A stretch of DNA of 64,000 bases from an uncultured Nitrososphaerota archaeon. GTDB taxonomy: Archaea > Thermoproteota > Nitrososphaeria > Nitrososphaerales > Nitrosopumilaceae. The notes under the pieces are model-generated. The model had not been told where the DNA came from, did no database searches, and saw only the letters and a program-made list of their open reading frames with translations. The stretch lies in NCBI GenBank assembly GCA_963701075.1, contig OY969559.1, forward strand, positions 1,280,001 through 1,344,000, in the 5' to 3' direction. The translations under genes were made by a program, and so were the position numbers. Below, in pieces: positions 9,559-19,466 of this stretch (positions are counted from its first letter, which is position 1; each line of letters begins with the position of its first letter).

Positions 9559-10710
9559 TCAGTCCAATGGCTCAAACTTGATAGAGTTTTTTGCAGCCTC
9601 TGCACTGTTGATGAGTGTGTCTATATTTTTTGTATCATCAATATCTACCACATTGATGTGACCAAGCTTGCGTTGTGGCTTTGCTTCGTCTTTGTTGTAC
9701 ATTTTCAAGTAAATTCCTTTTTTATTCTCTAATGTTATGGGCTTGTATCTGCCTGAAAAATTTTTTGGCCCCAGTATGTTGCGCATCACTGTATAATGCC
9801 TGAGTCTTGTACTTCCTAGTGGAAGACCAAGAATGGCTCTAAGATGCTGTTCAAATTGTGAAGTATCACTTGATTGTAATGTGTGGTGTCCTGAATTGTG
9901 TACTCGTGGTGCTATCTCATTAATTAGGACCTGATTGTCATGTGTTACAAACATCTCTATGCCAAAAACTCCTGCCCCGTGTAACACTTCCATGGTTTTC
10001 TTGGCAATCTCTTCTGCATCTTTTGCTACTTTGGGCTCTACTCTGGCAGGGGCAATTGTCATTTCAAGTATGTTTTCTTTGTGGATGTTTTCTACAACAG
10101 GATATGTGGCAATTTCTCCGTTGGTGTTTCTTGCAGCAATTACGGAGACCTCCATCTTAAAATCCACCCACTTTTCAATCATCATCTGTCTGCCTTCGAA
10201 AGATTTGTACGCAGATTCAGTCTGGCCCTCATTTTCGATTTTAAAATTGCCTCTGCCGTCATAGGCATCACGCCTTGTTTTTAGCAGTACTGGATACCCA
10301 AATGACAAAACTTTTCTCTTAAGATCAGAAATTGATTCTATTGGAAAAAATTCAGGCACTGATATGTTGTTATCCTTAAGAAAGGTTTTCTGTGTAAATT
10401 TGTCTTGTATGATTCTAAGAGTTGTAGGTGACGGGTTTACTGATATTGATGCCTTTAATGATTCCAAAACTTGACTATTCCCAGACTCTATTTCATATGT
10501 GATGATATCCGACTGGAGCGATAGTTCCACTATGGCGCTTTTGTCCTTGAAATCTGCAATGATCTGCCTGGCGCCTGCTCTTGCTGCAGGGCAATTATCT
10601 GTAGGATCTAGTACTATGACATCTGATATGTGCTCTGGCATCTTCTTTGCAGCCTCTGTTAGCATCATGCCAAGCTGACCACCGCCTATTATCCCAAGAA
10701 CTCTTGACAT
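9559..10710 (-). CDS. purK: N5-CAIR synthase (ATP-grasp)
   Basis: GIIGGGQLGMM, YDGRGN, NEIAPRVHNSGH, SQFEQHLRA, RKLGH. Confidence 0.97.
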   Translation of the reverse strand: MSRVLGIIGGGQLGMMLTEAAKKMPEHISDVIVLDPTDNCPAARAGARQIIADFKDKSAIVELSLQSDIITYEIESGNSQVLESLKASISVNPSPTTLRIIQDKFTQKTFLKDNNISVPEFFPIESISDLKRKVLSFGYPVLLKTRRDAYDGRGNFKIENEGQTESAYKSFEGRQMMIEKWVDFKMEVSVIAARNTNGEIATYPVVENIHKENILEMTIAPARVEPKVAKDAEEIAKKTMEVLHGAGVFGIEMFVTHDNQVLINEIAPRVHNSGHHTLQSSDTSQFEQHLRAILGLPLGSTRLRHYTVMRNILGPKNFSGRYKPITLENKKGIYLKMYNKDEAKPQRKLGHINVVDIDDTKNIDTLINSAEAAKNSIKFEPLD

Positions 10711-10886
10711 TATGCAGATTCATCGGTGGTTTTAAAAATAGTTACCTCTTGGATTTGTGGCTGTTTCTCTTCAGGATATAAGATCTGGATGAAACTTGTT
10801 ATTTTGTTTGTTTAAAACTGACAACCTCACTAATATTAGAAATACGCAGAAAATAGGTGTAAACATGTTGGATATAGGTAAGATAG

Positions 10887-11285
10887 CTGAAGAAAGGATG
10901 TACTGCCCTTGTAGTTGACGATGATCAAGATACTGTAAACCTTTTTGCAGAATTTTTAGAAATCTGTGATGTCAAAGTACTAGGTAAAGCTTTTGATGGA
11001 AACCAAGCCGTAGAATTGTATCAGAAAATTTTTCCAGATCTCGTGTTCTCCGATGTCATGATGCCAGGCTATGACGGTTTTTATGTACTAAAAAAAATAC
11101 GCCAAATTAATCCACATGCAATAATGGTGATGATAACAGGTGACGTCAGACCTGAAACAATAGACAAGCTGCAAGAATTAAAATCTGATGCCATAGTATA
11201 CAAACCATTTGACATGAAACAGGTGATAGATACTGTAAATGGACTACTTGCAAGATCAGTTTATCAGACACAAGTCAGTCGCTGA
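10887..11285 (+). CDS. Stand-alone response regulator receiver; probable CTG start
   Basis: The frame of track ORF 11016 extends upstream to CTG 10887, just after an in-frame TAG: LKKGCTALVVDDDQD...DLVFSDVMMP...MITG...YKPF. The DD motif lies upstream of the track start. Confidence 0.85.
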   Translation: MKKGCTALVVDDDQDTVNLFAEFLEICDVKVLGKAFDGNQAVELYQKIFPDLVFSDVMMPGYDGFYVLKKIRQINPHAIMVMITGDVRPETIDKLQELKSDAIVYKPFDMKQVIDTVNGLLARSVYQTQVSR

Positions 11286-11340
11286 TATTTTTTATAATTT
11301 TTAATTTATCTTGTTTTTTATTTGGTCTAAACATTTTGCT

Positions 11341-12846
11341 TTAGAATAATTTCACAAAGAGTATCAAATGTGGAGCAGTGTTTGATATGTTCAGTATGTG
11401 GTTTTCTAGGAATTTTGATAACGCCATGGTTGTTCCATACATTGTTACTCCACCTAGTGCAGTAAGCAAGGCTATGTTGAACCAGACAGTTTTGAAGAGT
11501 CCTCCCTGTGCTACCTTTATTGCCAGTGCATTGATGGCAGAAGTGACAATTATGACAATTGGCATCATCATTGCCATGAAATTAGGATCAATCGGACTTA
11601 GTGTTAAGGCGTTGTTTGAAATCTGAGTGCCTGAAATCATGGTATGAAATATTTCAATTAACTTATTCATCAAACCAAAGATTGCCATAGTTAGAGCATG
11701 AAGTACTAAAACAATGGTCTCAAATGTCCTTGAAGTCTGTCTTCTTTTTGCCCTAAGCTCATTTAGTTTTAATGATATCTCAGAGACTTTGCTTCCTACA
11801 TCATTCATGTTTGCGCCTTTTAGTATGGAGTTTGACATTATCGTATTTCCTGACACTATGATGGCAGTGCCGGCATCTTTTGAGAATAAATCAAATCCTG
11901 TTTCTGGCTTGATTCTGTTCTTTATGCGATTCTTGAAAGCAATTATCTGTGTTTGGAGTGGACCAAAATTACTTCTCAAGACCGCATCAAGTGCCTGTCC
12001 CATTGATCCTACCATCATGTATATCTCACCAAAATGCCTGATAAATGAAGGATACCAATCATCAAGAGCTTTCAACTCTGTTTCCATTTTTTTAGCAAAA
12101 AATCCTGGAATAAATAATGGGGCAGTAGCTATGACAGTCACCAAGGGGAGTGGAACAACATTGGTAATAGCTAGCACCGTGCCAAGAGAAACCCCTATGC
12201 CTATTGCCATGTAAAGAAACATTCTAAATTTCTGGGCCTTTGCATTGTATCCTAGAGATATTCTGTCCTTTGGAAATATGACATACATGATCACGATAAA
12301 TGACCCCATGCTTACAATCACACCGATAAACGAAATCATAAATATGGATGAAGAGTCTGCGCTGCCCATGAGCATGGTCATGATGGAGTTGCCTGATATC
12401 ATAAAGACAGCTGTAGATGAAATGGTGTAAAACATTTCAAGGAAGAGCTTCTGTGATTCTAAATTTCGTTCATATCTTACTGTATAACTGTGCAGAGCTG
12501 CTCCCATCTCTTCTGTAAAAAATATTCGTAATTCATCTCCCAATCGTATAACTTGAGCCAGTTTTACTAGTAGTTGTTTTAGCGGATCTGAATTATCTGA
12601 AAACTTCATTGCAATCATCTCACAAGATCTTGAAAGACCATAGCCCCACCCGACTCCTAATCTGAATATTTCTTTGAATGTGTCAGAATACTTTCCATAG
12701 CCCGAAGATTGTGCAGTTTTTATCAGATCGATTGAACCTACTTCTCCTGTAGAGAGTGCATAAAGAAATGCCATAAAGTAAACAAATTCATCGTCTGCCC
12801 TCTTAAGATCAGCGAGTTTTTCTTTTATGGATAATTTCTGCATCAT
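11341..12846 (-). CDS. flaJ: Archaellum membrane platform protein FlaJ/ArlJ
   Basis: Two T2SSF-like cytoplasmic domains plus multiple TM helices; last gene after flaHI. Confidence 0.9.
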   Translation of the reverse strand: MMQKLSIKEKLADLKRADDEFVYFMAFLYALSTGEVGSIDLIKTAQSSGYGKYSDTFKEIFRLGVGWGYGLSRSCEMIAMKFSDNSDPLKQLLVKLAQVIRLGDELRIFFTEEMGAALHSYTVRYERNLESQKLFLEMFYTISSTAVFMISGNSIMTMLMGSADSSSIFMISFIGVIVSMGSFIVIMYVIFPKDRISLGYNAKAQKFRMFLYMAIGIGVSLGTVLAITNVVPLPLVTVIATAPLFIPGFFAKKMETELKALDDWYPSFIRHFGEIYMMVGSMGQALDAVLRSNFGPLQTQIIAFKNRIKNRIKPETGFDLFSKDAGTAIIVSGNTIMSNSILKGANMNDVGSKVSEISLKLNELRAKRRQTSRTFETIVLVLHALTMAIFGLMNKLIEIFHTMISGTQISNNALTLSPIDPNFMAMMMPIVIIVTSAINALAIKVAQGGLFKTVWFNIALLTALGGVTMYGTTMALSKFLENHILNISNTAPHLILFVKLF

Positions 12847-14529
12847 AGCATGTTAAGCTCCTTCATGAATGCATCTAGACCGATTTCTCTGCAACGTGAT
12901 ATGGAATCATAAACATCATAGAAATTGAAGATCTTTTTTTCTACCATTTTATCCAAGATCTTGGCTCGTAGTGCTAACTCTTCATATAGCAATGCCTCAT
13001 CCTTTCTTGACATGCCTCTTTTTTCCAAAACCTTTGAGATGAATAGTGCACTGCTTCCCTTTCCTCTGAACTTTACCTCATCTGAACCCGGATCCCAGTT
13101 GAATGCGGGTATGAACATTACATTATTTCCTTCTGGATTGTATCCCAAAATTTCATTGATTGATAATACCCTTCTTACTCTCTTTCCGTCGGGGCCTGAG
13201 ACTGCAGCCTGGAATAGTGCAATATTTAGGTTCTCAACGTTTGTCTTGGGTATGTTCATGGGAGGATTGGTAATTCTTTGTATCAATGCAGTCATGTTGG
13301 CTGCGTGAAATGTACTGACAACTGGGTGGCCTGTCTGCATGGCTTGAAACGCAATGTTAACTTCTGCTCCTCTGATTTCTCCTACAAATATGTAATTTGG
13401 TCTCTGTCTTAATGCAGCCTTTAGCAGATCAAACATGGTGACACTTGAGTTTTGATTTCCAGTATCACGTGTTACCTCGCTTATCCAGTTGGAATGAGGC
13501 AAGGTAAGCTCTGGTGTATCTTCGATGCTTACTATCTTCCAGTTTGATGGAATAAAAGTCTGTCAATGCCATCATAGTGGTAGTCTTACCTGATGCTGTC
13601 TCTCCATTGATAAACACACTCATGCCTTCTGCCATCATAATCCACAAATATGCCGCCTCGATTGAGTTGAGAGTTTTACTTGGGAGTATTTGCGTTATTG
13701 ATAGAGGCGTACTTGCAAATCTTCTAATAGTTGCATTAGTTCCCTTTCTGCTTACATCTTTGCCAAATACAATGTTGATTCTAGAGCCTTCTGGAAGTGT
13801 TGCATCTATCACAGGCTTTGCATGAGATACAGTCTTTCCAAATTGCTCTGACATGCTAACTATGAGATCATCTATCTCTTCAACACTGAGAAATACCGGA
13901 CACTTGAGTGCTCCAAACATCTTGTGAATTACATACATGTTTCCAGCCCCTACCACTGAAATGTCTTCAAGATGTGGGTCTGTAAGGAATGGGTCAAACA
14001 ATCCCATGCCTGCTCTTTTTCTTAGAAAATGATATTTTAAATTGGTTACATCTTTCTCATAGACTGACAAATTTTTTAATTTCATTATATTGATTTTGGA
14101 GTAATCTATGGGGCTGTTAGCAATTGATATGGTTTTGTCAAGATACTGGTCTATCATGTTGAACCTCTCTGTTAGTTCTATAGGAGGGTTCATAGTTCCT
14201 GCATGTAATGCAAATAACTTGTCAGCGTTGTCCATCAAGGTCCTGTCGGGCTCATCGGGTTCAATTATGGCATATTCCACATAACCATCGGATGAGTTTG
14301 AGTGTGGATTGATGTGTATGTATGTGGTTTCAGATATAGGATAAATCAAGTTGGGTTCTTTGAGTTTTTTATGTTCTCCTTCCAACTTTTCAGTATAAAT
14401 TGGAATGGGGTTTCCTCTTGCAATGTACGTTTCAAGATAATTAGACAAGTGTGGTGATTTCTTCAAAGCTTCGACAAATTTTTTATCCTTTACTAATGAT
14501 GTATCAAACCCCAAGGCAAATCTCTCCAT
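12843..14529 (-). pseudogene. flaI: Archaellum motor ATPase FlaI/ArlI, split by a +1 frameshift near 13561 (true lesion or sequencing error)
   Basis: N-half ends after Walker A GETASGKTT; removing one base gives ...MMALTTFIPSNWKIVSIEDTPEL..., continuing into ALRQRPNYIFVGEIRG and TGHPVVSTFHA. Span 1687 nt = 3n+1 (561 aa). Confidence 0.9.
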
Positions 14530-14555
14530 TTTTTGTGTTTTGCATTTTGGTACTC

Positions 14556-15257
14556 CTATGCGTTTGCCGTGGATATCGGCACTATCTTTATTCCAAAGTT
14601 AGTATCAACCTCAAATGCAAAAGACGACTCTGCTTGAGAGGAAGACCCTATCAGCTTTATTATCTTCATAACCTTAACGGATTTGCCGCCAATACTTGAA
14701 GTACTAAGGGAAAAGTAGACATCACATGCTGATTTTATTCTCATCGCCACATCTTCTGGAATTGATGTTACATGCATGGTAAGTATGATGGACATTCCAG
14801 TCGAAACAAGATACTTGCATCTTGTAAGGAAATCAAGAATTCGATCTGTATCAGAATACATTGTTAAAAGAGAAATAGAATCAATTACTACTACATCGCA
14901 TTTCTTTGCATTGTTGCTAATGTATCTTCCAATCACAGGTAACAGAAATGAAGACTGACGCTCCGACCACATGGCACCATATACATGCAATGGCAACACT
15001 GAAAGCTTATTTTGCAAAAATGGTTTAGTAAAATTAAATGTAATTGTCTTCATCTTTTCAATGTAATCCTTTACCGTATTTTCAGTAATGCAAAGAACTT
15101 TCATGTCAGACTCTAGTATTCCCTTAATGATCTGGGCTGCAAGCGCGCTCTTTCCTGTTCCATGATCTCCTTCTATTAGCATGAGACATGGAGTTGGTAT
15201 GCCGCCTGCTAACTGCCTGTCCACTTCTTCATTTCCTGTTGGTATGGTCTTTATCAT
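14556..15257 (-). CDS. flaH: Archaellum KaiC/RecA-like ATPase FlaH/ArlH
   Basis: TGNEEVDRQLAGGIP, GDHGTGKS, VVIDSIS, FEVDTNFGIKIVP. Confidence 0.93.
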   Translation of the reverse strand: MIKTIPTGNEEVDRQLAGGIPTPCLMLIEGDHGTGKSALAAQIIKGILESDMKVLCITENTVKDYIEKMKTITFNFTKPFLQNKLSVLPLHVYGAMWSERQSSFLLPVIGRYISNNAKKCDVVVIDSISLLTMYSDTDRILDFLTRCKYLVSTGMSIILTMHVTSIPEDVAMRIKSACDVYFSLSTSSIGGKSVKVMKIIKLIGSSSQAESSFAFEVDTNFGIKIVPISTANA

Positions 15258-15778
15258 GAAATCCTCGCCGAATCTGAAGTTGTAACGCCATTATCTGTCC
15301 CAAACTCAACTGTAAAGTTGCCGCCACTTTCTGTCTGATATGCAGGTTGTGCATTTACGGTAGCTATTTCTCCAGGATCAAGCAGCCCAGGATGGACATA
15401 ATCATTTTGAATATGTGAAATACACCATTGATCTGATGCAAGTCCCGAACAACTATTTGCATATTTTAGAGTCTCAGTTAATATTGGATTATTTGCGGCA
15501 TTTTCTTGATATGTAATAATCACGTCAAAGTTATTATAATTCCATAATAATGTATTTCCTGTATTGGCTACCTGAAAAGTAGCTGGACTATTACCATTTT
15601 GATCCTGCAAGTTTGAAATATTGATGTTTGTTTGCATCCTTGCAAACTGATTGTTTGCCATCTGAGACTCTGATGCACTTATCTTTGTAGTGTCATCTAT
15701 AATTGCAGGAAAAGACATCATTGCATATACTATGGAAAAAGTTACAATACCGCCTGAAATTGCTATGCTTAATCCCAT
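15254..15778 (-). CDS. flaF: Archaellum stator protein FlaF/ArlF
   Basis: MGLSIAISGGIV N-terminal TM, V.NTG, LLDPGE; GGAGGAGG RBS upstream of ATG 15778; position between flaG and flaH. Confidence 0.82.
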   Translation of the reverse strand: MGLSIAISGGIVTFSIVYAMMSFPAIIDDTTKISASESQMANNQFARMQTNINISNLQDQNGNSPATFQVANTGNTLLWNYNNFDVIITYQENAANNPILTETLKYANSCSGLASDQWCISHIQNDYVHPGLLDPGEIATVNAQPAYQTESGGNFTVEFGTDNGVTTSDSARIS

Positions 15779-15794
15779 TTCGCCTCCTCCCCTG

Positions 15795-16268
15795 CTAGCA
15801 GAATCTTGTGAATTGCTGATCACTTACTCCATTTGGTGTAGTTACCTGTAGGTCATATGTAGAACCGCATTGGATTGTAGGAAGGTTGGTCATGTTTATC
15901 TGCAGGGTGTCTGACTGATTCCAGGTGGCTACTGGACTTGAAAATGCCCAAGACAATCCAGATGGCGGATAGGCATATGGTATTTTCTGCATTTGATTAA
16001 TTTGACCAAAATATACGTCTGTATTTTGAGGGTTCAAAATAGGATAGGAGCCAATATTTTTCACCCAGGCATTTATGCTATTTGCTGAGGAGTTTGTAGT
16101 ATAGATTATCTTGATACTTGTCAGAATAGCCTGCTTCTGGCTCTCTGTTTCTTGTGTAAATGTAGATTGAAATGTACCAACTTTAGTCATCACAATTCCT
16201 GCAAGTCCAGCTGCTACTATTACTGAGGCTATTATTAGTATGGCTTCTGTGAAAACCGCTGATGCCAT
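15795..16268 (-). CDS. flaG: Archaellum stator protein FlaG/ArlG
   Basis: MASAVFTEAILIIASVIVA, WVKNIG, DVYFG, VTTPNG. Confidence 0.88.
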   Translation of the reverse strand: MASAVFTEAILIIASVIVAAGLAGIVMTKVGTFQSTFTQETESQKQAILTSIKIIYTTNSSANSINAWVKNIGSYPILNPQNTDVYFGQINQMQKIPYAYPPSGLSWAFSSPVATWNQSDTLQINMTNLPTIQCGSTYDLQVTTPNGVSDQQFTRFC

Positions 16269-17498
16269 TTAACTTGCCTTCTTTTCCACAGTCATTATGT
16301 TATCATGATTTTTGCCTTGATTGACCATTAATTTAGCATAAATCAAATCAGATTCGCTATCATTCATGTTCATAACTTTGCCAAACTTGTATAACATGAT
16401 CAGTGTGTCGTTAACAGACAAACCAGATTTGTCCATCATGTTGACTACATTGTAGATTATTTGTTCATCTTCTTGCCTTAGGCCCATCATTTTGCATTGG
16501 TCTACTAGGACGTCAATAGAATCTCTTCCTATTGTTTGCAGGATCTCTTCCATAAGTGATATGGTTGTCATCAGTCTGCCTAGAGTAATGCCGCTACCAA
16601 GAATTTGTTTGAACGATATTGTTTCATGAACATCATTTTTTAGAATATCATCCATGCCGTGATTTTTTGTTATCTGATTTGGAATGTTTTCTTTATTCTT
16701 CGAATTATTATCATGCGTTTCGTCTTTGATTGATTCAATCTCTGTTTTTTCTGGATTTGAAACAGTCTGTATTGAGTTTGATAGAGGCAGTTGTTCCATG
16801 TGTAAAGGAAGTGAAGGATCAGATAATGACTTGATATCAATCGAATCAAAGTATTTTCGCATAAAGTTCAATGGATTTGCAAGTTCAGCCTGAAATGATT
16901 TGAGGTCAGTCAGCGAGGATTCCACTGTTGACGCCAAGGACTCCATGCTGCTTTTTATTGTATTTATCTCATTTCTTAAATCGCTTATGGTATCTTGAAT
17001 TCTGGTTGAATCCTTCTGCACCGGTTCCATGGCTCTTGAAACCATGCCTTGTATGGCAACTTCATCCACAACCGGGGTCTGAATTATGGCCACATTTGAA
17101 ATTTCATTTGATGACATGGGGGGCTCGCCTGGAATTATGCCAGACATGGATCCTGGTGAATTATTATCAGGCAAGATAATGCCCTGTTCTTTTGTCTGTT
17201 CAATAGAGATGGCTTCAACTTGTTGCTGGGATAATTGATCTGTTGATCCCAAATTAGATTGAGGCGCTCCTTGTGTATTTTTGGAAAATAATTTTGGTAA
17301 TACTACAAGTATGACGACTATGACAATTGCTGGTAATGCAAAATAATATAGTGCGGATTGGGGGTTGAAAAGATATTCTGGAAGTAATTCATACAAGAAC
17401 AAACCGTAGCAAGCTATTACACTTCCCGTTATGAAAACTCGTGTGTTTTTTGATATCTTTGTCAGTAAAAAAAGTGGATTGGTAGTGATCATCCCCAT
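16269..17498 (-). CDS. Archaellum accessory protein, likely a membrane-anchored ArlC/ArlD-E-like fusion
   Basis: Two N-terminal TM helices, coiled coil ending ELANPLNF, low-complexity linker, C-terminal helical domain resembling ArlD/E; occupies the flaCDE/flaX slot between flaB and flaG. Confidence 0.7.
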   Translation of the reverse strand: MGMITTNPLFLLTKISKNTRVFITGSVIACYGLFLYELLPEYLFNPQSALYYFALPAIVIVVILVVLPKLFSKNTQGAPQSNLGSTDQLSQQQVEAISIEQTKEQGIILPDNNSPGSMSGIIPGEPPMSSNEISNVAIIQTPVVDEVAIQGMVSRAMEPVQKDSTRIQDTISDLRNEINTIKSSMESLASTVESSLTDLKSFQAELANPLNFMRKYFDSIDIKSLSDPSLPLHMEQLPLSNSIQTVSNPEKTEIESIKDETHDNNSKNKENIPNQITKNHGMDDILKNDVHETISFKQILGSGITLGRLMTTISLMEEILQTIGRDSIDVLVDQCKMMGLRQEDEQIIYNVVNMMDKSGLSVNDTLIMLYKFGKVMNMNDSESDLIYAKLMVNQGKNHDNIMTVEKKAS

Positions 17499-17509
17499 AT
17501 CACTATTAC

Positions 17510-18205
17510 CTAACCTAGGTCAACGATGTTTGTCGTGACTGGTGGTACTTGTCTTTCGACGGACAATGCTGAACCTGTTGGCACATCAATCTCTGCCTTT
17601 ATGTTGTCAAGTTCTCCTGGTCTGTCTGCAGCATCATATGCGATGACCATCTCTGCATGTTCGCCCTGATCAAGTATGTTATTGATTGGAGTGTTTGAAA
17701 CATCCCAGTAGATGATTGCCTTTGTCTCACTTGGAGCGCCTACCTTAGTTGCACCTGTTATGGGTGCTGCGGTAATGCATCCGGCTGTTACTGCTGCATT
17801 AAGTGCTCCAGTTACGTTATTGTACGTGGCAGATGTCAGAACACAATCGTTTTGATAGATGTTGTCGTATCGTACAGTATTGCTGTAGTACTTGATGCTA
17901 GTCTCATTCGGATTTAGACTGACCGAGTCCCCACCGCTTGCAACCTGCAGTGGTACGATGGTGGCATTGAGCACTCCTGCGCTTACATCTCCAATTCCTG
18001 TGACCTTGCCTGCAATCTCTATTGCACTGCTTGCCTCAGTATAACTGGATATTATCGCAGTCTTTGCTTTCTGTGTGGTCGAAAAACCCATGTTGAGTAC
18101 CACGAATGCTAGAGCTGCTGCTACTATTACAAATGCAATCATAACAATTGCAGCTTCTATACCCATGACTCCACGACGAGTTCTACGTTTTGAAACGGAG
18201 TTCAT
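17510..18205 (-). CDS. flaB: Archaellin FlaB/ArlB, copy 1
   Basis: Class III signal peptide RRTRRG/VMGIEAAIVMIAFVIVAAALAFVVLNMG; LDQGE motif; start at ATG 18205. Confidence 0.95.
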   Translation of the reverse strand: MNSVSKRRTRRGVMGIEAAIVMIAFVIVAAALAFVVLNMGFSTTQKAKTAIISSYTEASSAIEIAGKVTGIGDVSAGVLNATIVPLQVASGGDSVSLNPNETSIKYYSNTVRYDNIYQNDCVLTSATYNNVTGALNAAVTAGCITAAPITGATKVGAPSETKAIIYWDVSNTPINNILDQGEHAEMVIAYDAADRPGELDNIKAEIDVPTGSALSVERQVPPVTTNIVDLG

Positions 18206-18244
18206 TGTTGATATGATAGGATTGTGTAAAGTATTATTCTCGAG

Positions 18245-18265
18245 TGTGTATGATATGATCAAACA
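18245..18265. promoter_or_regulatory. Degenerate TGT-N9-ACA-type site upstream of flaB copy 1
   Basis: TGTGTATGATATGATCAAACA, 40-60 bp upstream of ATG 18205. Confidence 0.4.
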
Positions 18266-18289
18266 TGGGGATTCTTTTTATTGTTATTC

Positions 18290-19282
18290 TCAAGCTTTGA
18301 TGATGCTATGATCCATCAAATATTGCATACTTGAAATAAATTCTCCATCAGATATAGTACCACTAGACCACCAACCGGCATCACTTCTAATCCAGGAAGG
18401 AATCGTATTTGTTTTTGTTAATGTTTGGTTTAAAAGATTTGTCTTCAAATCGCCCGATGTCATAAGAAACTGAATGCTTTTTATGAAATCTTCATCACTA
18501 ATTTGATTTTGCGACCACCATTTTGCATTGTTTTTTACCCAATATGGAATATTAAAAGAATTCAAGCTAGTGTTTATGGTATTTTGACTCTGGTTATTGA
18601 AAAAAAAGTTAACATCTGTAACTGTTGCAGGAAATTCATAAAATGCCTTGATCTTATAGTTTCCTGTAGTTTTAAAAATGGAATTTGAGGCTTTTAATTG
18701 ATAATTAAAACTATGGTCAGATAACAAATTAGTACTATCTGAAAAAACCATGTTCCTTTGGCTATCAAAAATTTGTATCCTCAAAGGCATAATTTGAGAA
18801 GTATCGTTTACTACTCCTGATATTTGTATGGTGTCATTACTCGAATAAGATTGCTTGTCGGCTGTAATGGTAAAGGCAGGTGATTTTCCAAGATATGCTG
18901 TCCCCACATCTATTTTTCCAGTCATCCATGGATGAATTTTACAAAAATAATAATAAGCAGACCAGATGCCAGACGGAATCTTAAAAGAATAACTTTGGCC
19001 AGGATTTAAAACTCCACTACCAAACAATTTACCGGCATAATTGAGATGGTTTGGCATCCCACTTGTGATATCATGAGTGGTGGTATCATTATTTATCCAC
19101 ATTATGGTATCGCCTTGCCTTACCTGTAATTCGGGGGGCCAGAAAATTGTACTGTTTGTATCTGTACCATTTCTCTTAATGGTTATTTTCCACGGTATGT
19201 TAGAGTTGTCGGCAAATACCATATGTGAGGATAATAATAAGATCATACCAATTGAAAAAACTACATAGTAGCGCAGATCCAT
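18290..19282 (-). CDS. Secreted cupredoxin (plastocyanin/azurin-like) with Ig-like domain and thaumarchaeal IPxWxKNNAxWW C-terminal repeats
   Basis: Signal peptide; type-1 Cu ligands HDITSG...YFCKIHPWMTG; IPYWVKNNAKWW and IPSWIRSDAGWW repeats. Confidence 0.9.
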   Translation of the reverse strand: MDLRYYVVFSIGMILLLSSHMVFADNSNIPWKITIKRNGTDTNSTIFWPPELQVRQGDTIMWINNDTTTHDITSGMPNHLNYAGKLFGSGVLNPGQSYSFKIPSGIWSAYYYFCKIHPWMTGKIDVGTAYLGKSPAFTITADKQSYSSNDTIQISGVVNDTSQIMPLRIQIFDSQRNMVFSDSTNLLSDHSFNYQLKASNSIFKTTGNYKIKAFYEFPATVTDVNFFFNNQSQNTINTSLNSFNIPYWVKNNAKWWSQNQISDEDFIKSIQFLMTSGDLKTNLLNQTLTKTNTIPSWIRSDAGWWSSGTISDGEFISSMQYLMDHSIIKA

Positions 19283-19427
19283 GCATTTTTGGCGCTATTA
19301 CCTCAAGATAAAAGCAAGCTTGTTCAAATTAAAATCACAGAATAGTATCTGTGTATCGCATATAGTTACATTGCGTATTATCTATGTCATGCTTCTCAAA
19401 AGATCTCATATACGTATTCGTATTCTG

Positions 19428-19466
19428 ATAAAATAAAAAGAAAGGGGGCTAGAGTATGCCTATTGC
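19428..19466 (-). terminator. Pyrimidine/T-rich terminator after flaB copy 2
   Basis: The minus strand reads GCAATAGGCATACTCTAGCCCCCTTTCTTTTTATTTTAT right after the stop codon. Confidence 0.45.
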
